A stretch of 64,000 nucleotides of DNA from Candidatus Limnocylindria bacterium (GCA_041491485.1 JBGPVC010000001.1:6242-70241), one strand, 5' to 3'. Counted from the stretch's first letter, positions 35,797 through 47,775 are shown. The notes: generated from the sequence alone by a model not told the origin. Numbers and translations are program-made.

Positions 35797-38700
35797 ACGG
35801 CGACGGCCTGCTGGGCTCGGAACTGCCGAAGCCCGTGGCCGAGCCCCGCCTGCTGGCGCTTCGCCTGCATGGGTTCAAATCGTTCGCAGAGCGGACCACG
35901 ATCGAGTTCGGTCGAGGGATCAGCGCCGTCGTGGGTCCCAATGGCTCCGGGAAGAGCAACCTCGCCGACGCGCTCCGCTGGGCGCTTGGCGAGCAAGGTC
36001 GGGCCCTTCGATCGCGCAAGGCCGAAGACGTCATCTGGGCCGGCTCCGAGAAGCGAGCGGCACAGGGGATGGCCGACGTCACCCTGGTCATCGACAATGC
36101 CGACGGCCTGTTGCCGGTCGACTTCCAGGTCCTCGAGCTCGGCCGGCGGCTCTACCGCTCGGGCGAGAACGACTACCTGCTCAACAAGTCGCGCGTCCGG
36201 TTGCGTGACCTGGTCGACCTGCTCGATGCCGCGCACCTTGCGGACAATGCCTTCCTGTTCATCGGCCAGGGGATGGTCGACCAGGCCCTCGCCCTGCGAC
36301 CGGAGGAGCGCCGCCCGCTGTTCGACGAGGTCGCCGGCGTCCGTCGGCACGAACGGCGACGTCGTCACGCTGAGGAACAGCTGACCGAATCCGAGGCCAA
36401 CCTCGCCCGGGTGGAGGACATCCTCGCCGAGCTCCGGCCGCAGGCTCGGCGGCTGGCCGCCCAGGCCGAGCAGCAGGCGAGCCGGGACACCACGGCCGGC
36501 GAGCTGGTGACGGCCCTGCTGGCTTCGATGCACGAGCGATGGCACGAAGCGGCGCGACGCGTCGCCGCGGCCGCCGGGACGCGCGATCAAGCGCGCGGCG
36601 AGGTCGATCGACTGCTGGGCGAGCTCGGGGCCTTCGAGGCGACCGCGGCGGCCCTGGCGCGCGAGCTGGCCGCCCGGACCGCCCTCGAGCGCGATCGGCG
36701 CGAGGCGCACGACCTCGCCCGGGTGAGCGCCACGGAAGCGCGCCTCAGCGAGGCGAGGTTGCTGTCGGAGGCCGAGGCGCTCGGTCGCGAGCGACGTCGC
36801 TCGAACGACGAGCGGGCCGCAGCCGAGACCGAGCTCGTTGCGGCCCGGCGCGCGCTCGCCGCGCCGGTTCCGGCTCGCGACCTGGAGCTCGACGCGGCCC
36901 TCGTCGAGGCGGAGCGTGAGCTGGCCGACGCGCTTGCGGAGCTCGCCGGGCTGCGCAGTGCAACGCAGGCCCACGGGCAGGAGCTGGCAGCCCTGCGAAG
37001 GGCGGCGGCCACGCGGCAGGCCGAGATCGCCACCGCCCAGCGGCGGCTGGCAGACGCAGAGCGACGGGTGGCCGAAGCGCGCGATCAGGCAGCGTCAGCG
37101 GGGCAACGGCGCGGTCAGCTCGAGCTGGAGCTCGATTCGGCGGGCGCGCGCCTCGAGGCGGCGTTGGAGGCGGAGCGTGGCGCGATCCTTGACCACGCGA
37201 CCGCGCGGGAACGAGCCGGTCTCGCCGTCGCTGTCGCCGTCGCCGCCGATGAACGCGTCGCTGGCAGGGCGGCCAGGCTGGCGGCCGCTCGTGCGAGGCT
37301 GTCCGCCCTCGAGTCCCGACTCGCCGAGGAAGAGGCTCGTGGCATCGCCCGCGCCGCCCGACGGCTCGGCGGCCTGCGCCTCGACGAGGACCTGGTCATC
37401 GCGCCTGAGCTGCGCACGGCCGCAGAGACCGCCCTGGCCGAGGCGACGCGAGCGTATGTCGTCGACGCCGATGCCGTAGCCTCGCTGGCCTCGGAGCGCG
37501 GCTCGCTCGTGGTCGCGGAACGTGCCGCCTCGAGCGCGACGGCCGCCGATGGCCGCGAGCGGCGATTCCGGGAACGGCTCACGGCCGTCGGAGGTGGCGT
37601 CCTCGACTCGGCCGTCCGGCGCGACTCACTGGGAGCCGCCCGCAGACTTCTGGCTCGCTGCGCGTGGCTTCCCGATCTCGCCGCCTGCCTGGCCATCCAG
37701 CCAGTGCTGCCACCTGGCTGGGTCGCGGTCCCGCGAGACGGTGGCGCCGCCGTCACCGACGTCGGGGTCAGATTCGGCTCCGGAGAGTCGGTCCTGGAGC
37801 GACGAGCAGAAGCCGCCCGCCTGGCCGGCGAGGTCGCCGAGCTCGTGGCGGAGATGGAACGTGGTCGTGAGGCCGCACGCCTGGCCGGGACCGAAGCCGA
37901 TGGCGCGTCGTCGCGCGTCGAGGCGGCCCGTGCCGAGGAGAGCCGCTCGACCGGGTCGCGGCGATCGGCCGAGGAAGCTGAGCGGCTGGTGGCCCGCCAG
38001 CTGGAGGCCGTCGTCCGCGAATCGGCCTGGCACGAGGCCCAGGCCGAGCGGCTGTCCGCCGAGCTGGAGCGGGCGCGGGACATGGCCGCGACGCTGAGCG
38101 GCCAGACGCCGGCGGACGCTCCCGGTGCTGACCCGGGCACGGGTCCTGTGACGCCGGACGGGGCTGCGATCGCGGTCTGGGAGTCGCGCGCCGCCGACCT
38201 CCGGGCTCGGCGCGACCGATTGGCCGAGGACGTCCGTTCGAGCGAAGCGTCGCGCCGCGAGGCGGAGCACCGCCGAGCCCGCGCGGAGGCGTCCGCCCAG
38301 CTGGCCGAGGAGCGGGTGGCGCGTGCCGACCGGGACCTGGCGGCGCTGGGTGATCGCGAACGAGCGCAGGCCGAGGCCATCGACGCGCTGCGCGAGGAGA
38401 TCGCCTCGACTGCCGAGCGCGAGCTGGCGGCGCGGGAGGCGCTGTCGGCCACGCGCGCCGCGGACGCGGTGGATCGGGAGCGACTGACGACCGCCGAGCA
38501 GGACGCGGGCGACGCGCGAAACCGACTTCGTGTCGCGGACGAACGCTTGCGGGAGGCGGATCACGCCGATCTGGAGGCACGGCTGGGTCTCGATGCGCTG
38601 CGCGAGGGAGCGATCGCCGAGCTGGCCGGCATCGGCCCGCTCGGGATCTCCCGGTTAGACGCCGTGGCCGGGATCGAAGCCGAGCTCCGTCCGCCATCGG

Positions 38701-39500
38701 CGCCGTCGAGCGTCGAGGAAGCCGGCGAGTCGGACGAGGTAGCCGCCCTCGAGGCGGCACTCGCCGCGGTCGCGCCGATCTGGTCGGACCGCCCGCCGAC
38801 CGAGCCGGTCCCGAGCGCGATCCGACTCGGCCAGCTGCGCCGGCGCTTCCACGAGCTCGGTGCCGTGAATCCGTATGCGGTGGACGAGTACGCCACCTTG
38901 AAGGAGCGGTTGGAGCGCCTCGAGGGCCAGTCCGCGGACCTCCGCCAGGCGATCACCAAGACCCGGGACCTGATCGATGAGCTCGACGCCCTGATCTCGG
39001 ACCGGTTCCAGTCCACGTTCCAGGCGCTCGAGTCAGCGTTCGCGCGTCGGTTCGAGCAGCTGTTCGGCGGCGGCTTCGCACGCCTCTCCCTGACCGACCC
39101 GTCCGATATCGGCGCGAGCGGGATCGAGATCGTCGCCCGGCCTCCGGGCAAGAAGACGCAGGCGCTGGCGATGCTGTCGGGCGGGGAGCGGGCGCTGACG
39201 GCCGTCGCCCTCCTGTTCGCCATGCTGGAGATCCGGCCGGTCCCGTTCTGCGTCCTCGACGAGGTCGACGCCGCGCTGGACGAGGCAAATATCGGCCGGT
39301 TCGCCGACGCCCTGCGAGGCCTTGCCCACACGACGCAGTTCATCGTCATCACCCACAACCGCGGGACCATCGAGGCCGCCGACGCGCTGTACGGCGTGAC
39401 CTCGGGCGACGACTCGGTCAGCCGGGTGATCAGCCTGCGCCTCGACGAAGCCCAGGCGCTCGCCGCGCGGGACCGTCCCGAGCTCGCCCCAGCGGGCTGA
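35793..39500 (+). CDS. smc: Chromosome segregation protein SMC
   Basis: N-terminal Walker A GPNGSGKSN, long Ala/Glu/Arg-rich coiled coils with a central hinge, C-terminal signature LSGGERALTAVAL and Walker B; GTGA overlap with rnc. Confidence 0.9.
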   Translation: MNGDGLLGSELPKPVAEPRLLALRLHGFKSFAERTTIEFGRGISAVVGPNGSGKSNLADALRWALGEQGRALRSRKAEDVIWAGSEKRAAQGMADVTLVIDNADGLLPVDFQVLELGRRLYRSGENDYLLNKSRVRLRDLVDLLDAAHLADNAFLFIGQGMVDQALALRPEERRPLFDEVAGVRRHERRRRHAEEQLTESEANLARVEDILAELRPQARRLAAQAEQQASRDTTAGELVTALLASMHERWHEAARRVAAAAGTRDQARGEVDRLLGELGAFEATAAALARELAARTALERDRREAHDLARVSATEARLSEARLLSEAEALGRERRRSNDERAAAETELVAARRALAAPVPARDLELDAALVEAERELADALAELAGLRSATQAHGQELAALRRAAATRQAEIATAQRRLADAERRVAEARDQAASAGQRRGQLELELDSAGARLEAALEAERGAILDHATARERAGLAVAVAVAADERVAGRAARLAAARARLSALESRLAEEEARGIARAARRLGGLRLDEDLVIAPELRTAAETALAEATRAYVVDADAVASLASERGSLVVAERAASSATAADGRERRFRERLTAVGGGVLDSAVRRDSLGAARRLLARCAWLPDLAACLAIQPVLPPGWVAVPRDGGAAVTDVGVRFGSGESVLERRAEAARLAGEVAELVAEMERGREAARLAGTEADGASSRVEAARAEESRSTGSRRSAEEAERLVARQLEAVVRESAWHEAQAERLSAELERARDMAATLSGQTPADAPGADPGTGPVTPDGAAIAVWESRAADLRARRDRLAEDVRSSEASRREAEHRRARAEASAQLAEERVARADRDLAALGDRERAQAEAIDALREEIASTAERELAAREALSATRAADAVDRERLTTAEQDAGDARNRLRVADERLREADHADLEARLGLDALREGAIAELAGIGPLGISRLDAVAGIEAELRPPSAPSSVEEAGESDEVAALEAALAAVAPIWSDRPPTEPVPSAIRLGQLRRRFHELGAVNPYAVDEYATLKERLERLEGQSADLRQAITKTRDLIDELDALISDRFQSTFQALESAFARRFEQLFGGGFARLSLTDPSDIGASGIEIVARPPGKKTQALAMLSGGERALTAVALLFAMLEIRPVPFCVLDEVDAALDEANIGRFADALRGLAHTTQFIVITHNRGTIEAADALYGVTSGDDSVSRVISLRLDEAQALAARDRPELAPAG

Positions 39501-39512
39501 CGGAGCGAATCG

Positions 39513-40616
39513 ATGCGCTTCTGGCGGCGAACCGAAGAGACGGAGGCGGCCGAGGGACCGGAATCGGCGGACGCCGAGCCGGGGACGACCGCGCCGGACA
39601 TCGAACCCGAGACGGCCGCGACCAGCTGGGAACCGGATCCGGCCGACTTCGGCGATCCGGTCGGGGACGAGGGGCCACCTTCCGTCGAGATCGCCGCCGG
39701 GACGGCGGTCGCGATGCCAATCGTCGCAGCCAATCTCGACGCGGGGCTCCAGCGGACCCGCGGTGGGTTCATGTCGAGGCTGCGTGGGCTGCTCGGTGGC
39801 GGGGAGGTCGACAGCCCGTCGTGGGATGAGGTCGAGGAGACGCTCATCGCCGGCGACGTCGGAGCGGCGCTGGCCATCGACCTCGTCGAGCGGGCTCGGG
39901 CACGTCGCGACCCCGGCGGACCGGAGGCGGCCATCCGCACGGAGCTCGCCGCGCTGCTCGTCCCTCGCGATCTCGAGTGGGCGCCGCGCCCGACCGTGTC
40001 CGGTGGTCCTGCCGTCCTGCTCATCGTTGGCGTCAACGGAACCGGCAAGACCACGACGATCGGGAAGCTCGCGAGCCGCTACGCCGGCGAGGGGCATTCC
40101 GTGATCCTGGCCGCGGCGGACACCTTCCGGGCCGCTGCCATCGAGCAGCTCCGAATCTGGGCCGATCGCGCTGGTGTGCAGGTCGTGGCCCATGCCCCGG
40201 GCGCCGATCCAGGCGCCGTCGTGTACGACGCGCTCGATGCCGCCGTGGCTCGCGGTGCCGACCTGGTCATCGCCGACACAGCCGGCCGCCTGCACACCCG
40301 GACGAACTTGATGGACGAGCTGGCGAAGGTCCGGCGGGTCATCGACAAGCGGCTGCCGGGTGGCACGCCCGAGACGCTCTTCGTCCTGGACGCCACGACC
40401 GGGCAGAACGGGCTCGCCCAGGCGAAGGCGTTCCACGAAGCGGTCGGCCTGACCGGGATCGTCCTGACCAAGCTCGACTCGACGGCCAAGGGCGGGATCG
40501 TGTTCGCGATCGAGCACGCGCTCGGCGTGCCGGTTCGCTTTGTCGGTGTGGGCGAGGGCGTGGCCGACCTGATCCCGTTCGATCCCGAGGCGTTCGTGGC
40601 GGCGCTGTTCGCCTGA
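39513..40616 (+). CDS. ftsY: Signal recognition particle receptor FtsY
   Basis: Acidic N-domain and NG domain with [24 protein letters not shown] motifs. Confidence 0.9.
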   Translation: MRFWRRTEETEAAEGPESADAEPGTTAPDIEPETAATSWEPDPADFGDPVGDEGPPSVEIAAGTAVAMPIVAANLDAGLQRTRGGFMSRLRGLLGGGEVDSPSWDEVEETLIAGDVGAALAIDLVERARARRDPGGPEAAIRTELAALLVPRDLEWAPRPTVSGGPAVLLIVGVNGTGKTTTIGKLASRYAGEGHSVILAAADTFRAAAIEQLRIWADRAGVQVVAHAPGADPGAVVYDALDAAVARGADLVIADTAGRLHTRTNLMDELAKVRRVIDKRLPGGTPETLFVLDATTGQNGLAQAKAFHEAVGLTGIVLTKLDSTAKGGIVFAIEHALGVPVRFVGVGEGVADLIPFDPEAFVAALFA

Positions 40617-40623
40617 CCGACGT

Positions 40624-42027
40624 TCAGCCGCCAACCGGCTGGTCTCGCTCGACTTCGACGACGATCGCCGCGGCCTCGGCCAGCGTACCCGGTCCGCGCG
40701 GCACCGTCCCCGGCTCCGGGACCACTACCGTGCGCAGGCGACGGACTGGCGACGCCCACAGGATCGCCGCTCCGGCGAGCCCGCCGAGCGGTGCCAGCCA
40801 ACACGTCGCGCGGAGCCCGATCTGTTCGGCCAGGAGACCGGCGGCGAGCGTTGCGGCCAGCTGCGCGATCACCGCCGCCACATGGAAGGTGGAGGTGACA
40901 CGGCCGAGCGCGCGGTCATGGACGAGGGTCTGGCGCACGGAGACCTCGGTGATGTCGTAGACGGTGGCGGCCGAGTCGGCCACCAGCTGCTGCATGACCA
41001 GGCAGGCGATCGCGATCAGCGGCAGGCCCGCCGGCGCCAACGGGATGAAGGCGTTGCCACCGGCGGTTAGGAGCATCGCTCCGATGGCCACCGGGCCGAT
41101 GCCCCAGCGCCCCGTGGCTCGCGACGCGACCACCGCTCCGACGAACGACGAGAACCCGCCGATCCCGGCGATGACCCCGAGCGTTGCGGCGTTCAGCCTG
41201 AGCTCATCGAGGACGAAGAGGAACCAGGTCGCACCGAAGACGCCCCACAGGGCGTGCAGCGCCATCTGGGCTCCGGCGAATCCGCGCAGGACGGGGTCGT
41301 GCACGACCAGGCGGAGGCCCTCTCGGATCTCGTCGAGCACGGGCTCGCGATCCTCGGGCGACGGGGGTGCCGCCTCACGCCGGCGGATCGACCCGAGCAG
41401 CAGGGCGGACGCGACGAAGGACAGCGCGTCGATCGCGATCGCGAAGGGCGCCGTGAGCAGCTGGACCAGGAAGCCGCTGATCCCGAAGGCCATGAATTCG
41501 GCTGCCGAACCGCTCGCGGCGAGTGCGCCGTTGGCGTCGACGAGGCGCTCGCGCTCGACGATGGTCGGCAGGTAGGCATTGCTGGCCGAATCGAAGAAGG
41601 TGGTCAGGATCGCCGCCAGCCCGGACACCAGCAGGAGCTGCCAGTAGGTCAGCACGCCCAGGGCGAACGCCAGCGGGATGGACGCGAGCAACACCGCTCG
41701 CCCGAGATCCGCCCAGATCAGTACCGGGCGTCGACGGAGCCGATCGACCCAGGCGCCCGCGACCAGCCCGACCAGCAGGGTCGCCGCCAGGTCGAGGCTG
41801 CGCAGGATGGCCACCTCGAGCGCTCCCGATCCGAGGATGAGGATCGCGGCAAGGGGCAGCGCGATCCGCGTGATCAGCGAGCCGAAGATCGAGACGGTCG
41901 CCGCCGTCCAGACCCGCGCGAATGCCGCGTTCCGCCAGAGCTGGGAATTGAAGGGGTTGCGCACGAGCGCGGAGCATACCCGGCCGTCCTGGCCGCGGAC
42001 GACTCGGACGGCGTTCGGGAGCGGCAA
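40624..42027 (-). CDS. MFS transporter (12 TM, EntS/macrolide-efflux-like)
   Basis: Twelve predicted TM helices with MFS motif-A-like loops; the start could instead be GTG 41964. Confidence 0.8.
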   Translation of the reverse strand: MPLPNAVRVVRGQDGRVCSALVRNPFNSQLWRNAAFARVWTAATVSIFGSLITRIALPLAAILILGSGALEVAILRSLDLAATLLVGLVAGAWVDRLRRRPVLIWADLGRAVLLASIPLAFALGVLTYWQLLLVSGLAAILTTFFDSASNAYLPTIVERERLVDANGALAASGSAAEFMAFGISGFLVQLLTAPFAIAIDALSFVASALLLGSIRRREAAPPSPEDREPVLDEIREGLRLVVHDPVLRGFAGAQMALHALWGVFGATWFLFVLDELRLNAATLGVIAGIGGFSSFVGAVVASRATGRWGIGPVAIGAMLLTAGGNAFIPLAPAGLPLIAIACLVMQQLVADSAATVYDITEVSVRQTLVHDRALGRVTSTFHVAAVIAQLAATLAAGLLAEQIGLRATCWLAPLGGLAGAAILWASPVRRLRTVVVPEPGTVPRGPGTLAEAAAIVVEVERDQPVGG

Positions 42028-42031
42028 GCGC

Positions 42032-42037
42032 TACAAT
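42032..42037 (+). promoter_or_regulatory. -10 TACAAT + CCGCC discriminator upstream of ffh
   Basis: gcgcTACAATCCGCC ~90 nt upstream of the ffh ATG. Confidence 0.35.
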
Positions 42038-42126
42038 CCGCCTGCCTCGGTGCGTCAGAACCCGCGCACCACCCGGCACGGCCGTAACCGTGGCGGTCCA
42101 CCATCCGACGGAGTCCCACTCGGACC

Positions 42127-43461
42127 ATGTTCGACACCCTCAGCGAGCGGCTGCGCAAGACACTCGGCAACCTGACCGGCCGGGGCCGGATCGGCGAGGC
42201 CGACGTCGATGCCGCGATGCGCGAGGTTCGCCTGGCGCTGCTCGAAGCGGACGTGAACTTCAAGGTCGTCAAGGACTTCGTCGGCCGCGTCCGTGAGCGC
42301 GCGGTCGGGCACGAGATCCTCGATTCGCTGTCGGCCGGCCAGCAGGTCGTCAAGATCGTCAACGACGAGCTCGTGCGGCTGCTCTCTGCCGGCGATCGCA
42401 CGTTCCACCTGAGCGGAAATCCGGCCGTGGTCTCGCTGGTCGGGCTCCAGGGCTCGGGCAAGACGACGTCAACGGCCAAGCTCGCCCGGCATGTCGTCAA
42501 GCTCGGCCGCCGCCCGCTGCTGGTGGCCGCGGATCCGTACCGCCCGGCCGCCGCGGACCAGCTCCAGACGCTCGGCAAGGCCCTCGACATCCCGGTCTAC
42601 CGGGCGCCGGTCGGGACCTCCGTCGTCGACATCGTTCGTGGCGGCGTCGAAGCGGCGCGACGACAGACCCGCGATGTCGTGATCCTCGATACCGCCGGCC
42701 GGCTCTCGCTCGACGCGGAGCTGATGGCCGAGATCACGGCGGTCGATGCCGCGGTGAAGCCCATCGAGACACTCCTGGTGGTGGATGCCATGACCGGCCA
42801 GGAGGCGGTGGGCGTCGCCCAGGCGTTCGTCGCGGCCGTCCCGGTGACCGGCCTCATCCTGACCAAGATCGACGGCGATGCCCGTGGCGGTGCGGCCCTG
42901 TCGATCTCCGCGGTGACCGGCGTGCCCGTCAAGTTCCTCGGGACGGGCGAGAAGACCGACGCGTTGGAGCTGTTCCACCCCGATCGCCTCGCCGGCCGGA
43001 TCCTGGGGATGGGCGACATCCTCACGCTCGTCGAGCGCGCCCAGGAGCATGTCGACCAGAAGCAGGCGGTCAAGCTCGAGGAGAAGATCCGCAAGGCCAC
43101 GTTCTCGCTCGACGACATGCTCGACTCGATGCAGCAGATGCAGAAGATGGGGCCGCTTGGCCAGGTCATGTCGATGATCCCGGGGATGGGCAACCTCGCC
43201 GGCGAGGCCCAGGCGGCCGTCGATCGCGGCGACCTGAAGCGGACGGAAGCGATCATCCGGGCCATGACCGTCGACGAGCGGCGCGACCCGACTATTCTCA
43301 ACGGCTCCCGGCGGCGGCGGATCGCGGCCGGCTCCGGGACCAGCCTGCCCGACGTGAACCGGCTGGTCAAGCAATTCGGTGAGATGCAGAAGCTGATGAA
43401 GCAGCTGTCGGGTGGCGGCAAACGATCCGCTGCCCTTGGCGCATTCATGGGCCGGCGATGA
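42127..43461 (+). CDS. ffh: Signal recognition particle protein Ffh
   Basis: NG domain GLQGSGKTTSTAKLA, DTAGR, TKIDGDARGG; Met-rich M domain. Confidence 0.92.
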   Translation: MFDTLSERLRKTLGNLTGRGRIGEADVDAAMREVRLALLEADVNFKVVKDFVGRVRERAVGHEILDSLSAGQQVVKIVNDELVRLLSAGDRTFHLSGNPAVVSLVGLQGSGKTTSTAKLARHVVKLGRRPLLVAADPYRPAAADQLQTLGKALDIPVYRAPVGTSVVDIVRGGVEAARRQTRDVVILDTAGRLSLDAELMAEITAVDAAVKPIETLLVVDAMTGQEAVGVAQAFVAAVPVTGLILTKIDGDARGGAALSISAVTGVPVKFLGTGEKTDALELFHPDRLAGRILGMGDILTLVERAQEHVDQKQAVKLEEKIRKATFSLDDMLDSMQQMQKMGPLGQVMSMIPGMGNLAGEAQAAVDRGDLKRTEAIIRAMTVDERRDPTILNGSRRRRIAAGSGTSLPDVNRLVKQFGEMQKLMKQLSGGGKRSAALGAFMGRR

Positions 43462-43480
43462 GCCGGAGGAGGGGACCCCG

Positions 43481-45370
43481 ATGACCGATCTCGATCCGAC
43501 GACCGCGCAGCCGACGCCCGATCCATCGCTGACGACCGGTGCCGCCGCGGGCGGCTCGACCGAGCCGATCCCGAGCCCGTACGAGCCCACGCTCGACGCC
43601 GCACCGGCGACGCCGGTCCAGGCGCCGGAGTCGACGCTGCGGCGACGTCCCGTCCGATGGCCCGTCGCGATCGCGCTGATCGTTCTCGTCCTCGCGGTGG
43701 CCGCGTTCGTCGGGATCCTGGTCACCGGTCGGGCGCCAAACGCCAAGGTCCTCGCCTACGTGCCGGACGGAACGATCGCCTATGGCGAGGCCCGCCTTGA
43801 CCTGCCGGGCGACGAGCGATTGGCGCTCGCCTCGTTTCTCTCGAAGTTCCCGGGCTTTGCCGACCAGGCCGCCATCGAGGGCAAGCTCAACGAGGTCATG
43901 GACCGGTTCGTCGGCGGCGTGACCAACGGCGACCAGTCGTACACGATCGACATCCAGCCCTGGTTCGACGGAGAGCTCGCCTTCGCGCTCGGCCCGCTGC
44001 CGGATCCCGGCACGCTGTCCGGTGGCGGCGCGTCGGCGATGGACGAGTTCCGCTACCTCTTCCTCGTCTCGATCAAGGACGAGTCCGGCGTCACCGCCTG
44101 GTTCAAGGACCTCGCGACGTCGAGCCAGGTCACGATGACCGATGAGGCGTATAACGGCGCCAATCTGACCAAGTTGACCGGGGAGAACGGTGCGCAGGCC
44201 GCCTATGCGGTGCTCGACGGCAAGGTTGCCGTCGTTGGCGACGTCACCTCGGTCAAAGCCGCGGTCGACACGCAGGGCAAGGGCTCGTTCGCCGGCCAGG
44301 CCAGTCCCAAGGCCGCCCTCGACGCCACCGACTCCAGCCACGTCGGCTTCATGTATCTCGACATGAAGGCGCTGTTCGACTGGTCGAGCAAGGCGTCACA
44401 GGCGGGTGGGTCGACGGTCGCCCCAGGCCTCGACTTCTCGTCGAGTGCGCTTCGCGGCCTGCTGCCCGACTGGGCGGGCGTCGCCCTGCGGATCGAAGGC
44501 GACGCGGTGGTGATCGAAGCGGCTACCGACAGGCCAGAGGCAGCGTTCGGCCCGACCGACAACCGAACCTCGCCGCTGACCGACTACGTGCCTGCCAGCG
44601 CCCTGTTCGTGACGGTCAATCATGACTACGGGGCCACGCTGGTCAGTCTGCTCGACGCCTACCGCTCCGACCCGGCGTTGAAGTCGGCGGTCGATAGCAT
44701 CGACCAGGCCGCCGGTGTCCTCGGAGGGACTGACGGTGCCATCGGTTGGATCGGCGACACCGGGATCGTCGTCAATCAGGCCGACGGCGGGATCGAGGGT
44801 GGGCTCTTGATCGTGCCGACCGACCGGTCGGCCGCCGATCGCGCATTCACCAGCCTACGGACCCTCATCTCGCTCGGTGGCGCCCAGGCCGGGATCACCG
44901 TCACGGACGAGTCGTACGCTGGTGCCACCATCACGACCGTCGACCTCGGCGACATCGCCTCGCTGGCTGAGAAGGCTGGCCTTTCGTCGAGCACGTTCGG
45001 TGCGGGCGGCGCCGCGCCAGGCGGCCACATCGAGCTGGCCTACGCGGTGACCGATAAGGTCGTCGTGATCGGCTCGAGTCCGTCTTTCGTCAAGCACATC
45101 CTCGATACGACGGGCTCGACATCAATTGCCTCGACGGATCGATACAAGACGCTCAGCGGCCGCGTGGGCACCGGTACGAGCATCGCGTTCGCGGACATCA
45201 CCGCGATTCGCGGATTGATCGAGTCGGCCATGGCCACCGCGGATCCTTCCTCGGTAGCCGCCTACGAGCAGGACGTCAAGCCGTTCCTTGCCCCATTCGA
45301 CGCGCTGATCGCGTCGAGCTCGGTCACGAGCGACATCTCGAGATCCAAGTTCATCGTCACGGTCAAGTGA
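43481..45370 (+). CDS. DUF3352-like secreted or membrane-anchored protein of unknown function
   Basis: Pro/Thr-rich N-terminus, single TM ([22 protein letters not shown]), ~520-aa Ala/Gly/Ser/Thr-rich ectodomain; SD GGAGGAGGGG. Confidence 0.6.
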   Translation: MTDLDPTTAQPTPDPSLTTGAAAGGSTEPIPSPYEPTLDAAPATPVQAPESTLRRRPVRWPVAIALIVLVLAVAAFVGILVTGRAPNAKVLAYVPDGTIAYGEARLDLPGDERLALASFLSKFPGFADQAAIEGKLNEVMDRFVGGVTNGDQSYTIDIQPWFDGELAFALGPLPDPGTLSGGGASAMDEFRYLFLVSIKDESGVTAWFKDLATSSQVTMTDEAYNGANLTKLTGENGAQAAYAVLDGKVAVVGDVTSVKAAVDTQGKGSFAGQASPKAALDATDSSHVGFMYLDMKALFDWSSKASQAGGSTVAPGLDFSSSALRGLLPDWAGVALRIEGDAVVIEAATDRPEAAFGPTDNRTSPLTDYVPASALFVTVNHDYGATLVSLLDAYRSDPALKSAVDSIDQAAGVLGGTDGAIGWIGDTGIVVNQADGGIEGGLLIVPTDRSAADRAFTSLRTLISLGGAQAGITVTDESYAGATITTVDLGDIASLAEKAGLSSSTFGAGGAAPGGHIELAYAVTDKVVVIGSSPSFVKHILDTTGSTSIASTDRYKTLSGRVGTGTSIAFADITAIRGLIESAMATADPSSVAAYEQDVKPFLAPFDALIASSSVTSDISRSKFIVTVK

Positions 45371-45416
45371 TGGCCCGGGCAGCAAGCCCGAGCCCGTAGA
45401 GGAGGACGCACAACCT

Positions 45417-45671
45417 ATGGCAGTTCGAATCCGGCTCACGCGCGTCGGCGCGACGAAGCAGCCGTCCTATCGGGTCGTCGTCGCCGACGGCCGGAGCGCC
45501 CGGGACGGTCGCTCGATCGAGACCCTGGGGCACTACAACCCGCGCACCGAACCGGTCGAATTCCAGGTCGACGCCGACAAGGCGAAGGCCTGGCTGGCCA
45601 AGGGCGCACAGCCGTCCGACACGGTGCTGCGGCTCTTCCGGGCGGCGGGCATCGTGCCCGCGGCGAAGTAG
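45417..45671 (+). CDS. rpsP: 30S ribosomal protein S16
   Basis: [24 protein letters not shown]... S16 signature; SD GAGGAGGA. Confidence 0.95.
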   Translation: MAVRIRLTRVGATKQPSYRVVVADGRSARDGRSIETLGHYNPRTEPVEFQVDADKAKAWLAKGAQPSDTVLRLFRAAGIVPAAK

Positions 45672-45681
45672 GGAAGCGACG

Positions 45682-45915
45682 ATGGCAGCCAAAGACCTGG
45701 TCGAATACGTCGCCAAGTCGCTGGTCGACGATCCGTCGGCGGTGACCGTGGACGTCATCGACGAAGACGGCACGACCGTCATCGAGCTCCATGTCGCCGA
45801 AGACGACATGGGCAAGGTGATCGGACGCAACGGCAGCGTCGCCAAGGCACTGCGGACGCTGCTCAAGGTCACCGCAGCTCGCGACGGCGAGCCGGTCCAG
45901 CTCGAGATCCTCTGA
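45682..45915 (+). CDS. KH-domain RNA-binding protein (YlqC family)
   Basis: GKVIGRNGSVAKALR KH motif; conserved position between rpsP and rimM. Confidence 0.8.
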   Translation: MAAKDLVEYVAKSLVDDPSAVTVDVIDEDGTTVIELHVAEDDMGKVIGRNGSVAKALRTLLKVTAARDGEPVQLEIL

Positions 45916-45935
45916 GCGACGACGGCGCGCGGCTC

Positions 45936-46601
45936 GTGGTCGCCCTCGTGCGGGGCGTCCATGGGCTGCATGGCGCGGTTCGAGTCGAGGTCCTGACCGA
46001 CCGTCCGGACGATCGGTTCGTGCCCGGTGCCGTGCTGTATCGCGAGGGGGACGCACGGCCGCTGACCCTCGCCAGTGCGGAGGCGGTCGCCGACGGCCCG
46101 GGCTGGCGTCTCCGGTTCCGCGAGATCACCTCGCGTGACGCGGCGGACACCCTCCGCGGCGCCTACCTCGAGGCCGTCGTACGGCCCGACGAGGACCTGG
46201 CTCGGGGCACGTACTACTGGCACGAGGTGATGGGGGTCACCGTGCGAGGCATCGACGGCGCCATGCTCGGCACGGTTCAGGATGTCTACCGTGTTGCCGA
46301 GAACGAGGTCTTCGTCGTGAGCGGCGGAGCATTCGGCAGCTTCGACGTGCCGGCGGTCCGTGCCTTCATCCGGATCTTCGCACCACGGCGAGGCGAGATC
46401 GTGGTCGACGCCGAGGCCCTCGACCTGCGGACGCCGCGCGCCCGACGACTCGACCCGGATCGACCCAAGGCGCCACGACGTCGATCCCACGCCAGGGCGC
46501 CGACGGCGTCGAACGGCGCGGCGGCGCTGTCGTCCGACACGACGCCGGCCCCCCCGGCGGCGGCCCACGACGACGAAGCAGCGCCAGGGACCCCGGCATG
46601 A
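45936..46601 (+). CDS. rimM: Ribosome maturation factor RimM with disordered C-terminal tail
   Basis: RimM N-terminal beta-barrel ([15 protein letters not shown]) and PRC barrel; ~60-aa Pro/Ala-rich tail; ATGA overlap with trmD. Confidence 0.85.
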   Translation: MVALVRGVHGLHGAVRVEVLTDRPDDRFVPGAVLYREGDARPLTLASAEAVADGPGWRLRFREITSRDAADTLRGAYLEAVVRPDEDLARGTYYWHEVMGVTVRGIDGAMLGTVQDVYRVAENEVFVVSGGAFGSFDVPAVRAFIRIFAPRRGEIVVDAEALDLRTPRARRLDPDRPKAPRRRSHARAPTASNGAAALSSDTTPAPPAAAHDDEAAPGTPA

Positions 46602-47287
46602 CGCTCGAGATCGACATCCTCACCCTCTTCCCGGCAATGGTGGGAGGACCGCTGGCCGAGAGCATCCCGGGCCGGATCCAGGAGCAGGGCCTCGCCACCA
46701 TCCGGGTGCGCGACCTGCGGGACTGGGGGCTCGGCCGCCACCGCTCGGTCGACGATGCGCCATATGGCGGCGGTGCCGGCATGATCCTGCGCCCGGAGCC
46801 TGTCGCCGCGGCGCTCGACGCCGTGCGTCGCCCGGACTCCCTGGTGATCCTGCTCGACCCGGCCGGCGAAGTGTTTCGCCAGGCGCGCGCGGCCGACCTG
46901 GCGATGCGGCCACACCTGGTCTTCCTCTGTCCGCGCTACGAGGGCGTCGACGAGCGGATCCGGTCGCTCGTCGATCTCGAGCTGTCGATCGGCGACTACG
47001 TGCTGACCGGTGGTGAGCTGCCTGCGCTCGTGGTCATCGACGCGGTGATCCGCCTGCTGCCAGGCGCGATCGAGGCCGCCTCGACGGCCGAGGAGTCCTT
47101 CGCAGCGGGGCTGCTGGAGTATCCCCAGTACACCCGCCCGCCGACGTTCCGCGGCATGGGCGTGCCGGCCATCCTGACCTCCGGCGATCATGGCGCCGTC
47201 GATCGCTGGCGGCACGAGCAAGCGCTCGAACGAACCCGCCGGCGTCGCCCGGACATGCTCGCCCCCGAGACCGGCGAGCCGACCTGA
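46598..47287 (+). CDS. trmD: tRNA (guanine37-N1)-methyltransferase
   Basis: SPOUT-fold motifs ([38 protein letters not shown]). Confidence 0.92.
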   Translation: MTLEIDILTLFPAMVGGPLAESIPGRIQEQGLATIRVRDLRDWGLGRHRSVDDAPYGGGAGMILRPEPVAAALDAVRRPDSLVILLDPAGEVFRQARAADLAMRPHLVFLCPRYEGVDERIRSLVDLELSIGDYVLTGGELPALVVIDAVIRLLPGAIEAASTAEESFAAGLLEYPQYTRPPTFRGMGVPAILTSGDHGAVDRWRHEQALERTRRRRPDMLAPETGEPT

Positions 47288-47302
47288 TCCTCGCTGGCCC
47301 CG

Positions 47303-47311
47303 TGCTATACT
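47303..47311 (+). promoter_or_regulatory. Extended -10 (TGcTATACT) promoter of rplS
   Basis: ccgTGcTATACTCCGCCGCC 16 nt after the trmD stop and ~85 nt before the rplS GTG. Confidence 0.45.
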
Positions 47312-47393
47312 CCGCCGCCGGCGCGTCCCCCACGCCCGACCCGAAACGCCCTCCTCGCAGCTCCAGCTGCCCAGATGAGTCAGGAACCGCCGC

Positions 47394-47744
47394 GTGAACG
47401 TGCTTGACGAGATCGTCCAGGACCAGCTTCGTACGGACCTCCCGGAGCTCGCGACCGGCGACACCGTGAAGGTGTCGGCCAAGGTCATCGAGGGCACGCG
47501 CGAGCGCGTCCAGGTGTTCGAGGGCACCGTCATGCGACTCCGTGGTGGCGGCATCACGCGGTCCATCACCGTGCGGCGGATTGCGTCCGGCGTCGGTGTC
47601 GAGCGGACGTTCAAGATCAACAGCCCGCGGATCGAGAAGATCGAGGTCGTCCGTCACGGCGTCGCGAGGCGCGCGCAGCTCTACTTCCTGCGCGACCGCG
47701 TCGGCAAGGCGGCCACCCTGCGAGAGCGCCGCACCCGGAGCTGA
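47394..47744 (+). CDS. rplS: 50S ribosomal protein L19
   Basis: L19 signature (...[29 protein letters not shown]...). Confidence 0.92.
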   Translation: MNVLDEIVQDQLRTDLPELATGDTVKVSAKVIEGTRERVQVFEGTVMRLRGGGITRSITVRRIASGVGVERTFKINSPRIEKIEVVRHGVARRAQLYFLRDRVGKAATLRERRTRS

Positions 47745-47775
47745 TCGCGGCATCGCCGCATCGCTTCTCCCAATC

